Positions 20,885 to 30,735 of a DNA stretch of 64,000 nucleotides are shown here, piece by piece. The position numbers and the translations under genes are program-made. How positions within the stretch are numbered: position 1 is the stretch's first letter; each line of letters begins with the position of its first letter. A model generated the notes under the pieces. It was given only the letters and a program-made list of their open reading frames with translations. It was not told where the DNA came from and made no database searches. The DNA is from an uncultured virus (IMG/VR IMGVR_UViG_3300042515_002586) (lineage: Duplodnaviria; Heunggongvirae; Uroviricota; Caudoviricetes), in IMG/VR virus record IMGVR_UViG_3300042515_002586; one strand, given 5' to 3'.

Positions 20885-21291
20885 CAGATTTAAAAATAAC
20901 AGATAACGGAGATCTTATTATTGGAGCAAACGGAGACTTAGCTGTTGTTTCAGGTGATGAGCAGTTAGCACAACAAATTGTATTTTTACTAAAAACAACA
21001 GCAGGTGATAACTTACTTGAACCTGAAATTGGTGTAAGCTTAGAAGATTTTATAGGTGAAGAGAACTCTACAGCAACAAGGCTAAGAATTGAAAACAGGG
21101 TAAGAAGTGCTCTCTTGTTTGACTTATCATTATCTAGTGTTGAAGTTACGTGTATCCCTTTAGATAAAGATGAGGTATTTATACTTATTGAATTACCATC
21201 AAAAGATGATCCAGATAAAGTAATTCAAGTTAGCAGTCAATTAGACTTACAGAAAGGTTTAGTTTTTGATAGGGTAAATTATACTATATAA
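20881..21291 (+). CDS. Baseplate wedge subunit, gp25/GPW-like
   Basis: DLKITDNGDL..GDLAVV, L.TT.GD.LL.PEIG.SLEDFIG pattern, 136 aa, near baseplate J. Confidence 0.85.
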   Translation: MTDLKITDNGDLIIGANGDLAVVSGDEQLAQQIVFLLKTTAGDNLLEPEIGVSLEDFIGEENSTATRLRIENRVRSALLFDLSLSSVEVTCIPLDKDEVFILIELPSKDDPDKVIQVSSQLDLQKGLVFDRVNYTI

Positions 21292-21311
21292 CGTTACACT
21301 ATCTGTAGTTT

Positions 21312-22604
21312 ATGGAAACAAACAGTTTAATTGAGAAAGTATCCACAACATCTAGGAAACTTCCAGACTACAAAGTAAGCGACAAGTATGCTGGACTTAA
21401 AGTTGTTGGTTTAGTTGCTGATAATGGTGCTTGTGGGCATTATAGGGTAATTAATCCGCTCCACATGTTAAAAATGCATGGAGCAGATGTTGTATATGGA
21501 ACATCTCAAAATTTGAATCAATTCATACATGCAGATGTTATTATTGCACCAAGACAAAATAGCCCAGAAGCCTATGAAATGTTTAGAACACTTCAATGGG
21601 ATGGAAAGATAATTGTTTTTGAGGTTGATGACGACCTGCATAAAGTTTTAAAAACAAGTCCAGCCTATACTGCATATTATCCTGGTTCAGATACTTTAAA
21701 GTGGCTAGAGAAGTTTATGGAAAACTGTCACGGTTTGACTGTAACCACTGAGGAGTTAGCTGGTGCTTATTCTGAGTTTAACACAAACTACGCAATCCTG
21801 CCTAACTATATTGATTTTAGTTTTAGAGATTGGAAGGTTAATGTTTCTTGGCAAGACGGAGAACCATTCTTTGAACCTATAAAAATTAAAAAACCAGATA
21901 GATGGAAAGATAAAGTTGTGATCCAATGGAGTGGAGGTAGTTCGCACCTTACTGATTTAGAGCAGATAATGGTTCCTATTTCTAGAATCTTACAGAAATA
22001 TCCAGAAACTATTTTTGCTTACTATGGTGCGCCAGACATCTTTAATCACCTTAATAAAGATAATATCATTCCAGAAGGTAGATATGAATTGGTGGAACCA
22101 AGACACTTTATGGATCACCCAACAGGATTGTTTGGTGCAGATATTGGTTTAGCTCCTGTTCACCCTTGTGAATTTAATATTTCAAAATCCCCTTTAAAAC
22201 TTCTTGAAGGTTTTGCAGCTGGTCAAGCCATGATTGCAAGTAATGTTGCTCCATATTCTAAGCTCCAAAGAAAGCACCCTGAAAGTGTTTTAATTGTGGG
22301 TAGTGGTGAGGGTAACTATAGTACATGGTTTTCTGCTTTAGAAGAACTTGTAACCAATACTGTAAGAAGAGAGAAGATGCAAAAGGAAAATCGAGAACTT
22401 GCAATTAATGAATACTCACTAGAAAATAATTTTCATAAGTGGCCTTATGCTTGGAAAGATATTATTGATAGAGCACAAAAAGGAAAACTAGGACCTAATA
22501 AAAAAATAAGTGGTAGAGTTTGGGGTCAAGTAGATAGAAATGCACTTTGCCCTTGTGGTTCTGGATTAAAATATAAGAAGTGTTGTAGAGAAAGTCATGG
22601 ATAA
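21312..22604 (+). CDS. GT-B (GT4-like) glycosyltransferase with a C-terminal SEC-C zinc motif
   Basis: CGHYRV.NP, EVDDDLH, DIGLAP...FN.SKS.LK.LE, IASNV.PY; C-terminal RNALCPCGSGLKYKKCC. Confidence 0.9.
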   Translation: METNSLIEKVSTTSRKLPDYKVSDKYAGLKVVGLVADNGACGHYRVINPLHMLKMHGADVVYGTSQNLNQFIHADVIIAPRQNSPEAYEMFRTLQWDGKIIVFEVDDDLHKVLKTSPAYTAYYPGSDTLKWLEKFMENCHGLTVTTEELAGAYSEFNTNYAILPNYIDFSFRDWKVNVSWQDGEPFFEPIKIKKPDRWKDKVVIQWSGGSSHLTDLEQIMVPISRILQKYPETIFAYYGAPDIFNHLNKDNIIPEGRYELVEPRHFMDHPTGLFGADIGLAPVHPCEFNISKSPLKLLEGFAAGQAMIASNVAPYSKLQRKHPESVLIVGSGEGNYSTWFSALEELVTNTVRREKMQKENRELAINEYSLENNFHKWPYAWKDIIDRAQKGKLGPNKKISGRVWGQVDRNALCPCGSGLKYKKCCRESHG

Positions 22605-22935
22605 TTTAAAGTATTATTTATATTTGTTAAAGAAAGGAAACCCTGGTGAGGAAGGTTATCTTGATAGGAAACTTTGTTTTAGTGTTAATAATGTGGAACT
22701 AACAAAGAAAAACACATTAATTTTAACATTAGACATTGATAAAGTAGACTTAACGCATTTAAAATTAAATGAAACTTTAATTTTGGAATCTGAAACATCT
22801 AAAGACAAGAAGTATGCTTACTTTGGTTTAATTAGTTATGAAATTGATTATAACGAAGAATTAACTAAAGCAATTATTAACCTAAAAATTAATCCTCTAT
22901 TTAAGTTTAGAGACAGCATTATTTTTGGAACTTAA
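22597..22935 (+). CDS. Hypothetical protein (112 aa)
   Basis: Overlaps the GT stop and fills the gap to baseplate J. Confidence 0.65.
   Translation: MDNLKYYLYLLKKGNPGEEGYLDRKLCFSVNNVELTKKNTLILTLDIDKVDLTHLKLNETLILESETSKDKKYAYFGLISYEIDYNEELTKAIINLKINPLFKFRDSIIFGT
22895..22903 (+). promoter_or_regulatory. CTCTATTTA motif (candidate late promoter element)
   Basis: 34 nt upstream of the baseplate J start, inside the 3' end of the previous gene. Confidence 0.45.
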
Positions 22936-22937
22936 TT

Positions 22938-24050
22938 ATGAACATAGCAAGACCGTCTAAAGAGGAAATTTTAAATAGTTTATACAGCAGAATTGTCTCT
23001 GAAACAAGTATCACTGCCAGCTTAAATGGCACAGTAATTGGAACTCTTTTAAGGTTAGTCGCTGAGGAGTTAGATGGTATTTGGGAATACCTAGAAGATT
23101 TAAATAATCAATCTAACTTAACAACTGCGACAGGTCCATCCCTAGATCAAATAGGTTTAATTGTAGGGGTGGCTAGGAAAGAAGAAAGTAAAGCCACTAC
23201 ACTAGGTCAAACAAAGTCAATCAGATTTACTAACTTAAGTGGTTCTTCTGTTTCAATACCTTTTAGTACTCGGGTTTGGGTTTCTAGTAATATAAATAAT
23301 GCTTTCTTCACTGTTGAAGGTGCTTCTGTTGGTGCTGGTCAATCAGTTGATGTTCACGTATCAGCGGCACAAACAGGTCCAGCATATAATGTAGGTGCAG
23401 GAGAAATTGACTCCCATAATGTGCCTAACCCCAATGTACGAGTAAGTAATATTCTACCAATTACAAATGGTAGTTTACAAGAGTCTGACGATAGTTATCG
23501 TGAAAGAATTCTACAAGGGTTTAGAAGAAGAAACGTATTAAATACTGATAATGTTATTGCACTTGTAAGGGGTGTTGTTGGTGTTAAGGATGCTGTTCTT
23601 TTAAATCTAAATCGTGGTGGTGGTACTTTTGACATTATTGTAACACCTTACCACCAGAACCAGGCAAACGATATTGTTGAAAAATGCCAGGCTGTACTAG
23701 ATGATGCAGTTAATGTAGGAATTAACGCAGTAGTTAGAGTCCCAACAGCAAGAAACCTTGATGTTAAAATTTCTTTAAGGTTTAAACCTACTGCAACTAA
23801 CCAAGAAAATATTAGAGCATCTGTTAGAACTCAAATATCTTCATTAATTAATGCCCTACCAATAGAAACAGGTGGAGGCAGTAGTTCCTTATTTATATCT
23901 CAACTTAGAACTATTGCAGCTTCTTCTGATAGTGCTGTAATTGATGCATCAATTACAGCAAGTCTTGATGGTATTCAACTTTCTCCTGATAGGGAAGTTA
24001 ATGTGGGTGTTGGAGAACAAATTATTCTAAGAACATTGTTAGTACAATAA
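22938..24050 (+). CDS. Baseplate J / gp47-like wedge protein
   Basis: TATGPSLDQIG..VGVAR, G.AYNV.AGEI, ESDDSYRERI, V.GV.DA motifs. Confidence 0.92.
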   Translation: MNIARPSKEEILNSLYSRIVSETSITASLNGTVIGTLLRLVAEELDGIWEYLEDLNNQSNLTTATGPSLDQIGLIVGVARKEESKATTLGQTKSIRFTNLSGSSVSIPFSTRVWVSSNINNAFFTVEGASVGAGQSVDVHVSAAQTGPAYNVGAGEIDSHNVPNPNVRVSNILPITNGSLQESDDSYRERILQGFRRRNVLNTDNVIALVRGVVGVKDAVLLNLNRGGGTFDIIVTPYHQNQANDIVEKCQAVLDDAVNVGINAVVRVPTARNLDVKISLRFKPTATNQENIRASVRTQISSLINALPIETGGGSSSLFISQLRTIAASSDSAVIDASITASLDGIQLSPDREVNVGVGEQIILRTLLVQ

Positions 24051-24061
24051 GGGATTAATTA

Positions 24062-25489
24062 TTGGTTTGGAACTATTATAGCTCTAATATTCAAGATACC
24101 TGGACACCACCTCTAATAAATCTCCCGAGGTGGATGTCTGCTAATTCATACCCTCAAATTAATGAAGTACAAGAAATACCATCAGTATTAACAATAGGGC
24201 TTTCAAACAATTTAATTTCAGCTAGTGGTACAGTAATTCCTTTATCGTGGAATCTTACTAATTACCCCACAACAGATTTTACAGATTATAATATACAAAG
24301 AATAGTTAATTCTTTGTTTTGTGAGTTCCAATACTTGTTACCAAGTATTAACTCAGTTTATTCAGCTAAGTCATGGGGTTTTGATGTAAGTGAACCTGAC
24401 TTTGCTTGGTATGTTAACTTCAATGAAAAGTTAGATACTATTGGTGTTAGATTAAGTGACGACACTACAACAACCCCCAAACAAGTTGATTCGTATTTAA
24501 ATCTATTCTTTTCAGACACTTGGACATACAAAAAGATAAATGATGATATTTTAATTTGTAATCTTTCTTTACAAGAACAAGATACAATAAAGAATAGTGA
24601 TGACTGGCACTATATCTCTGATTTTTCTAAGTTCAATAACTCTACCTTATCTTTCTGGCTTCATCCAAACAGTAAGTCATGGATTCCTCTTCCCCCTTCA
24701 AAAGTAAGAGAAGATGGGTTTTTAGGTTTTAGGTCTAGTAAAGATTTAAAGGTAAGGTCTGTAAATAGAACTGCCGCTAAACAATTAAAAAAAGTTGATG
24801 TTGTTCTTAATGGTAGTAACTACCAAGCAACTAGGGTTCCTATATGGTCAAGTGCTGATGAAAAAGGACTTTACTTCTTACTTAAAAGAAAGAACAACGA
24901 TGATAACTTAGACCTGGGAAATAAGATTTTATTTTCTAGTTGGTTTTCAAAAACTCAAAATACTAAAGATGTTAAAGCATCATTAGGTATTTGTTTAGAT
25001 AGTTATGAGTACCAAGCATTATCAGCTACTAGTTCTGGTACATACGATGCAACGTATTCTAATTTTTCTGTAAGGGATGTTCCTGAATACTCAACAATAC
25101 TAGAAACTAATCTTACTTTTGTAGGAACTGGTGTAGTTAGTAGATACACAAATGTAGATAATGGTATTGCAATTATAAATGGTTTAAGTTGTCAAGTTAC
25201 AAATACAAGTGGTAGCCTATCATTTAATAATGTGATTCCAAAAGCTTCCGATGATATTATTGTAGAATGGAGACTTAATAACTGGACATCTAATGGGAGT
25301 GGAGTAGTTTTTAATAATCACATAAAAACTATTCAAAAACCTATAGAAGTTTTAAAAACAAGAAACATTAATATTATTAATAACAATTTAACAGACCACA
25401 TTACTAATATAAGAAAAGAAAAAGCACCAAAATGGACTTTTTCAGATAATTATATAAAATATAGTAAAGGTTTAAGCATATTTGAATGA
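24062..25489 (+). CDS. Baseplate wedge-type structural protein (paralogue of 27723-29048)
   Basis: TTG start; PRWM, DEKG..F.LKR...DNL.L and terminal SIFE shared with its paralogue. Confidence 0.65.
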   Translation: MVWNYYSSNIQDTWTPPLINLPRWMSANSYPQINEVQEIPSVLTIGLSNNLISASGTVIPLSWNLTNYPTTDFTDYNIQRIVNSLFCEFQYLLPSINSVYSAKSWGFDVSEPDFAWYVNFNEKLDTIGVRLSDDTTTTPKQVDSYLNLFFSDTWTYKKINDDILICNLSLQEQDTIKNSDDWHYISDFSKFNNSTLSFWLHPNSKSWIPLPPSKVREDGFLGFRSSKDLKVRSVNRTAAKQLKKVDVVLNGSNYQATRVPIWSSADEKGLYFLLKRKNNDDNLDLGNKILFSSWFSKTQNTKDVKASLGICLDSYEYQALSATSSGTYDATYSNFSVRDVPEYSTILETNLTFVGTGVVSRYTNVDNGIAIINGLSCQVTNTSGSLSFNNVIPKASDDIIVEWRLNNWTSNGSGVVFNNHIKTIQKPIEVLKTRNINIINNNLTDHITNIRKEKAPKWTFSDNYIKYSKGLSIFE

Positions 25490-25501
25490 CACTAATACTG
25501 A

Positions 25502-26008
25502 ATGAGAAATTGTTTATGTTTAGATCCTAGTCTAACTGGCTTTGGATGGTCAGTTATTATTGGAGATTTAATCAAAGACTTTGGGTGTATATCATCCAAA
25601 AAAGATTCAACTAAAAAACAAAAAGACGATTATATTGAAAGAATATCAAATATAATTACAACCTTAAATAAACTAATTGATGATTATTCTATTAACCTCA
25701 TTCTTTTTGAAATACCTTTAGGATCTAAAAGCAGCCTAGCAGCTAAAGCTTTAGCTTTAGTTGAGGGTAGTATTATATCTATGTGTATATCAAGAAAAAT
25801 AGAATTTAAATATATCACAGCATCAGAAGTTAAAAAAAGAGTTTGTAATAATAGAACAGCAGAAAAAACAGAGATTTTAGAAGCTGTTAAATTAAGATTT
25901 GACGGGTTTGGAGACAGACTACAAAAAACTAAACTTAAAGACTTGTATAACATATCAGATTCAGTTGCAGTTTTTATTGCACTAGAAAAGGAAATTAAGA
26001 AAAATTAA
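25502..26008 (+). CDS. ruvC: RuvC-like Holliday junction resolvase
   Basis: LCLDPSLTGFGWS, LFE, EVKK...AEK and ISDSVAV motifs. Confidence 0.88.
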   Translation: MRNCLCLDPSLTGFGWSVIIGDLIKDFGCISSKKDSTKKQKDDYIERISNIITTLNKLIDDYSINLILFEIPLGSKSSLAAKALALVEGSIISMCISRKIEFKYITASEVKKRVCNNRTAEKTEILEAVKLRFDGFGDRLQKTKLKDLYNISDSVAVFIALEKEIKKN

Positions 26009-26009
26009 T

Positions 26010-27695
26010 ATGAATAATAAGAACGAGACAATGTACTCAGATGACGCTAGAAAGGCTATTATTAGAGGCGTAGATAAGGTTGCTAAAGCAGTATCAGTTA
26101 CGTTAGGTCCTGGTGGTTCTAATGTTGTTATTGAATCTGACAATGTTTGGGTTCCGCCAATTGTCACAAAAGACGGTGTAACTGTTGCAAGATCAATTAA
26201 GGTAGCAGACCCAGCTGAATCTATTGGAGCACAATTACTAAAACAAGCTGCAATTAGAACTAATGATACTGTAGGTGATGGGACAACCTCTAGTATTGTG
26301 TTAGCCCAAGCAGTGGTTCACGAAGGTAACAAGCAAGTTGGCCTAAATAGAAACGGTATTAGAATTAAAGAAGGTATTGAAGAAGCTGCTAGGGATGTTG
26401 TTGAAGTAATTGACTCAATGGCTAAACCAATTACAGCTGAGGATTATGCTGTAATTGAGAATCTTGCTACTATTTCTGGTAACGATGAACATGTTGGTAA
26501 AACAGTCGCTGATGCGTTTACTTCGGTAGGGGGTAATGGTTTTGTTACTTTCCATCCAGGAGGTCTAGAAACGGTTTTAAAGCATAGTAAGGGCATGAAT
26601 TTTGATAGTGGTCTCCTCAGTCCTTACTTTATTACAGATCGTGACAAGTTAGAGTGCGTTATGGAAGATGTTGATATCTTGCTTTTTGAAGATGATATTA
26701 AGACAGCACCTGAAATGGCAGACTTCCTTACTGTATACTTAAAAGAAAACCCAAGAAAACATGAAGGTAATCTTTTGATTATTGGAAACGTACCTACCAG
26801 TCAAGATGCTTTTATGACATTGGCAAAGAATAGGGCAGAAAGAGGTTACATGTTTGCTTGTGTTAAGGCTCCTGGCTATGGTGCTAGGGTTCAGGATTGG
26901 TATGAAGACTTGGCAGTTATAACTGGTGCTGAATTTATTAGAAAAGAATCAGGTACAAGGGTTAATAATGTATCCTTCCGTTCATTAGGGAAGGCGAAGA
27001 AAATCATTATTGATTTAGAAACTACAACTTTAATTGGCTCTGCATCTGATGAGGTTGTTGCTGCTCATGTAAATAAGTTGAAGGAAAAGCAAAATGATCC
27101 AGAAACACCTCCTTTCCAGAAAGAGTACTTAGAACTTAGAATAGCAAAACTTACAAGTGGTATTTGTATTATCAGTATTGGTGCAAACACTGAAGCAGAA
27201 ATGAAAGAAAAGAAGTACAGATTTGAAGATGCTGTTGCTGCTGTAAAGACTGCTTTAAAGAATGGTATTGTTGTTGGTGGTGGGATGTCCTTTATTAGAG
27301 CGGCACAAGTTGTTAAGGCAAATCAAACAAGAAAGTTCAAGGATGGTGATGTTGAGGTAGGTTATAATCTATTCTTAGATACCCTAAAGGCACCTCTTCT
27401 TGCTATTGCAACTAATGCTGGTTATAATGGTTCTGTTGTATATCAAAAAGTCTTGGAACACAATGAAAAGACTGGGGAGAGGGGACGACCTAATAAGGAA
27501 AAGAATCTGGCACTAGCTAAACAATCTACGTATGGTTTTAATGCCAGAACTGGAGAGTACGGTGATATGTTTGATTTTGGAATCATTGACCCTGCATTTG
27601 TTAGTAGACAGGTTGTATTAAGTGCTTCAAGTGTGGCTGGTACTATCCTAACTACAGAAGCATTGGTATATAATTTACCAGATTCAAAGGAATAA
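26010..27695 (+). CDS. groEL: Chaperonin GroEL (Cpn60)
   Basis: VTLGP.G.NV, VTKDGVTVA, GDGTTS, GMNFD.G.LSPYF, KAPGYG, EDA, GGG and GIIDP motifs; no GGM tail. Confidence 0.97.
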   Translation: MNNKNETMYSDDARKAIIRGVDKVAKAVSVTLGPGGSNVVIESDNVWVPPIVTKDGVTVARSIKVADPAESIGAQLLKQAAIRTNDTVGDGTTSSIVLAQAVVHEGNKQVGLNRNGIRIKEGIEEAARDVVEVIDSMAKPITAEDYAVIENLATISGNDEHVGKTVADAFTSVGGNGFVTFHPGGLETVLKHSKGMNFDSGLLSPYFITDRDKLECVMEDVDILLFEDDIKTAPEMADFLTVYLKENPRKHEGNLLIIGNVPTSQDAFMTLAKNRAERGYMFACVKAPGYGARVQDWYEDLAVITGAEFIRKESGTRVNNVSFRSLGKAKKIIIDLETTTLIGSASDEVVAAHVNKLKEKQNDPETPPFQKEYLELRIAKLTSGICIISIGANTEAEMKEKKYRFEDAVAAVKTALKNGIVVGGGMSFIRAAQVVKANQTRKFKDGDVEVGYNLFLDTLKAPLLAIATNAGYNGSVVYQKVLEHNEKTGERGRPNKEKNLALAKQSTYGFNARTGEYGDMFDFGIIDPAFVSRQVVLSASSVAGTILTTEALVYNLPDSKE

Positions 27696-27699
27696 ACGA

Positions 27700-27708
27700 C
27701 TCTATTTA
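27700..27708 (+). promoter_or_regulatory. CTCTATTTA motif (candidate late promoter element)
   Basis: In the 27-nt gap after groEL, 14 nt before the next structural gene. Confidence 0.5.
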
Positions 27709-27722
27709 ATGTTAGGGGTTGA

Positions 27723-29048
27723 ATGTCTGAATTTACAAGTAATATTTCTGAACAATTTGAAGAAACATATAGATTTGTAAATACCCCATCTGCTTGGATT
27801 CCTAGATGGATGGACTCCGCAGTTGAGACAAACAACCCCGGCAACCCTCAAAATAAGCCAACTAATTTATCTTCTATCTACCATACGTGTATTACAAAAA
27901 CACAAGAAGATGTTAAATTAGTTGATGTATCAACAAAATTTTTTCACTCGTTAGAAGTTACAAGGAATTGTTTTCTTGTAACTTCTGATGTTAGTTATGA
28001 GCAACTATCTTTAAATCTCGGACAGATAACAAGTGGACACGTATTTGGAGAAGTTAGACAAGTAAAAACTTTCTCAGATCTACTAAAAATAAACCATGAA
28101 CCTGTTTTTTGTGTCCACGAAAACAAAGTCATAGCAAAAAATCTTGACTTAATAGAATACTCAATAACTACAAACAGTTCTGGAGCTTTTAATTTTTCTA
28201 GTATCTTTACAGAAAACCCACCTATTAAAGATACTATTGTAGCTTATTCAAATGTTTTTGGTGAAGTCTTCACTATCTCACCAGAAAAATTTGTTTTAAA
28301 TAATAACTCAATACTTTTTAAATACCCTGGTAACTATCGCATACGGTATAGTTGTATTAATTTTAGTGCATTGTTAAATGCCGATTCAAAAGTTTCAGTA
28401 AACAATAGAATCTCAAAAGTTACAAGTATTGACAATAAAAACATACTTGATACAACTAGCTCTTTATTTAACATTACTAGGTTTTCTGGTGAGGATAATT
28501 TATCTCTTAGGAAAAGATATCAGACATCTGCATTTTCTATTAAACCTGAACAACACATCAGTTCCGCTCTTGGAAGATCAGTACCAATTTCTTGGATGTC
28601 TACGGATTCGTTAACTATCAACGCAACTGGATGGTCTCAACCTAATTTAGTATCATTAAATAAATATGGTACATTCACAGAAAAAGCTAGTTTAATAGGT
28701 AGTAATTTTGTTCTTACAAAGAAACCTTATGGTGGAGTTAAGATTTTAATTAATGGTACTGTTTTAGACCCAATAAATTATTCAGTATCAGGAAACCTTA
28801 TTCAACCTCTAAATGCGGAATTATTTACAGGAGTAGGAAATCAAATAAATGTTGAGTATCTTACGGAAAATTTTAAAGTAGAAACAACAGTTAATGGATT
28901 AACTATTGTAAATAATAACTTAACACCCACTCTATTTTATGGTATAGTACCAACTTCCGTAGAGTTAATTAAAAAGGAAGTAAAACTAGAAAAGTTTAAT
29001 TGGGGTTCAATTAAGTTCCCAAGTAAAACGACATCTATATTTGATTGA
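27723..29048 (+). CDS. Baseplate wedge-type structural protein (paralogue of 24062-25489)
   Basis: PRWM, LDTTSSLFNITRFSGEDNLSLRKR and terminal SIFD. Confidence 0.65.
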   Translation: MSEFTSNISEQFEETYRFVNTPSAWIPRWMDSAVETNNPGNPQNKPTNLSSIYHTCITKTQEDVKLVDVSTKFFHSLEVTRNCFLVTSDVSYEQLSLNLGQITSGHVFGEVRQVKTFSDLLKINHEPVFCVHENKVIAKNLDLIEYSITTNSSGAFNFSSIFTENPPIKDTIVAYSNVFGEVFTISPEKFVLNNNSILFKYPGNYRIRYSCINFSALLNADSKVSVNNRISKVTSIDNKNILDTTSSLFNITRFSGEDNLSLRKRYQTSAFSIKPEQHISSALGRSVPISWMSTDSLTINATGWSQPNLVSLNKYGTFTEKASLIGSNFVLTKKPYGGVKILINGTVLDPINYSVSGNLIQPLNAELFTGVGNQINVEYLTENFKVETTVNGLTIVNNNLTPTLFYGIVPTSVELIKKEVKLEKFNWGSIKFPSKTTSIFD

Positions 29049-29049
29049 T

Positions 29050-30735
29050 ATGAGTAACACTACTTACCTAAACTGGAGAGACAATACAGGTTATCCTTCT
29101 AATGGAATTGGAGACTTAGATGATCTTAAACTTGTCATAGGTGTCGGTAATGCTGGCAAGTGGATTTCATACATCAAACCAGGATTTTTTTATGATCAGG
29201 GTATTGAACAATACTCTTATATATCAAAGGGAGAAGAAACTTTTGCGGTTGCCTCTCTTAGTGGTGTTATTAATGCTTCAAGCTCATTTAGACCTAGTTG
29301 GGGTCCTAACTATGTAATTGACGATACAAGTGAGCATGTATATACTGAACATAGAAACTCATACTTCCCAGCTTTAACAGCCACTTGGACACAAGTAGGT
29401 AGTTCTTATGTCTACACAACCGTAGTACCTACAGGTGTAGTTGTAATAGGTGCTCGTGATCTTACAAACATTTCACTTGCTTGTGAAGCTGTTAGTGGAC
29501 ATGTACAAAGTCCCAAATCATACCACTTTGATCATAATACTGGTAGGGTTACAGCTTACTCGTTAACAAGCCCTGTTAATGTTTTCTTAGACACAATGAA
29601 TTATACTCCTAATCTAAAAATTAGGGAAGTAGTTGTTGACGAGGGTGATAGCACTGTTAGGGCTAGTTATCTTAAAGCAAGAGATATTAAGGCAAGCAGG
29701 GGAAGTACTGTTGTTACTTGCACTGATGTTAACGACGGATTAGTTACTCACACTTTAGACACAAGTAAAGGTGATTGGGTTTGTTTAGAATACTACATTG
29801 ATAGAAGCTACTGTTTAATTGATCATTCTACAATTCATGTATACAATACAGAAGCGTCAGGTGCAACATTAAACGTACACTACGAGAGATCAGTTCCAGA
29901 ATATCCTTCAATGGTTATGCTTGCCAATCCTGTTACTGGACAAGTATTACAATTTAATCCACTATTTTCAGACGCTTTTAGGGTTGGATTTTTATACCAC
30001 TCTTTGACAGGTACTGTAGCAGTGCCTACTAAGGTTGAGTTGTGTGTTGATAAGGTGTCTGCTGTTGGTTCTTGGAAGGAAATGGTAAAGGCTACAGTAA
30101 GGGTATGGGATAGAGACGGTTTACCTATACCACAGACACAGATTAGGTTAGGGTTTAATCTTTCTCCTGGTTCTGGGTCGGTGTTTGTACTACCCACACC
30201 TACAACCACAGCTAGTGGGTCATTTATAACCAAAACAGATAATAGAGGAGAAGTCCATTGGTTAATGCAAGCTCCAAATGTTGGAGTTACTGGACAAGTT
30301 CTTTTATCAGCTTTAACCAGTAACAACATATCAGCAACAGCAAACTTCCTAGCTCTTCCAGCCTCAAGTGCATTGAACAGTACAAAGTATATACAGGGAG
30401 TTGCAAACATAGTTCAATCAAAACTTAGGACAAGTAAAGGCTATTCTAAATTCTATGTCGGAGCAACCTACGCTGATGGTATCCCTAAACAATCATCAAA
30501 TGGAATTAAAATTAAATCTAAGAACGGTTCAACATTGCAATTTGTAGATACAAACGGAAACGAAACTATTTCTACAAATCAAGCTACCCACAAAATAAAT
30601 TCTAATGTTACTAATCCGTTTTCATTGGGCGGTGTTTATGAAGAACTTGGAGTGGTTGTAAATAAAACTGATAATTTAATTGCTCTTTCAGATAGTGGAC
30701 AATCTCCAATTATTACATTTTTAGAAGAACTATGA
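29050..30735 (+). CDS. Virion structural protein with a C-terminal Ig-like (Big-1-type) domain
   Basis: ATG at 29050; ATVRVWDRDGLPIP...TKTDNRGEV Ig-like pattern; beta-rich. Confidence 0.65.
   Translation: MSNTTYLNWRDNTGYPSNGIGDLDDLKLVIGVGNAGKWISYIKPGFFYDQGIEQYSYISKGEETFAVASLSGVINASSSFRPSWGPNYVIDDTSEHVYTEHRNSYFPALTATWTQVGSSYVYTTVVPTGVVVIGARDLTNISLACEAVSGHVQSPKSYHFDHNTGRVTAYSLTSPVNVFLDTMNYTPNLKIREVVVDEGDSTVRASYLKARDIKASRGSTVVTCTDVNDGLVTHTLDTSKGDWVCLEYYIDRSYCLIDHSTIHVYNTEASGATLNVHYERSVPEYPSMVMLANPVTGQVLQFNPLFSDAFRVGFLYHSLTGTVAVPTKVELCVDKVSAVGSWKEMVKATVRVWDRDGLPIPQTQIRLGFNLSPGSGSVFVLPTPTTTASGSFITKTDNRGEVHWLMQAPNVGVTGQVLLSALTSNNISATANFLALPASSALNSTKYIQGVANIVQSKLRTSKGYSKFYVGATYADGIPKQSSNGIKIKSKNGSTLQFVDTNGNETISTNQATHKINSNVTNPFSLGGVYEELGVVVNKTDNLIALSDSGQSPIITFLEEL

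Noticed and set aside
21266..21300. Sigma-70 promoter upstream of the GT4 gene
   Set aside because: TTGATA and TA-rich hexamers are present, but the match is weak for such AT-rich DNA
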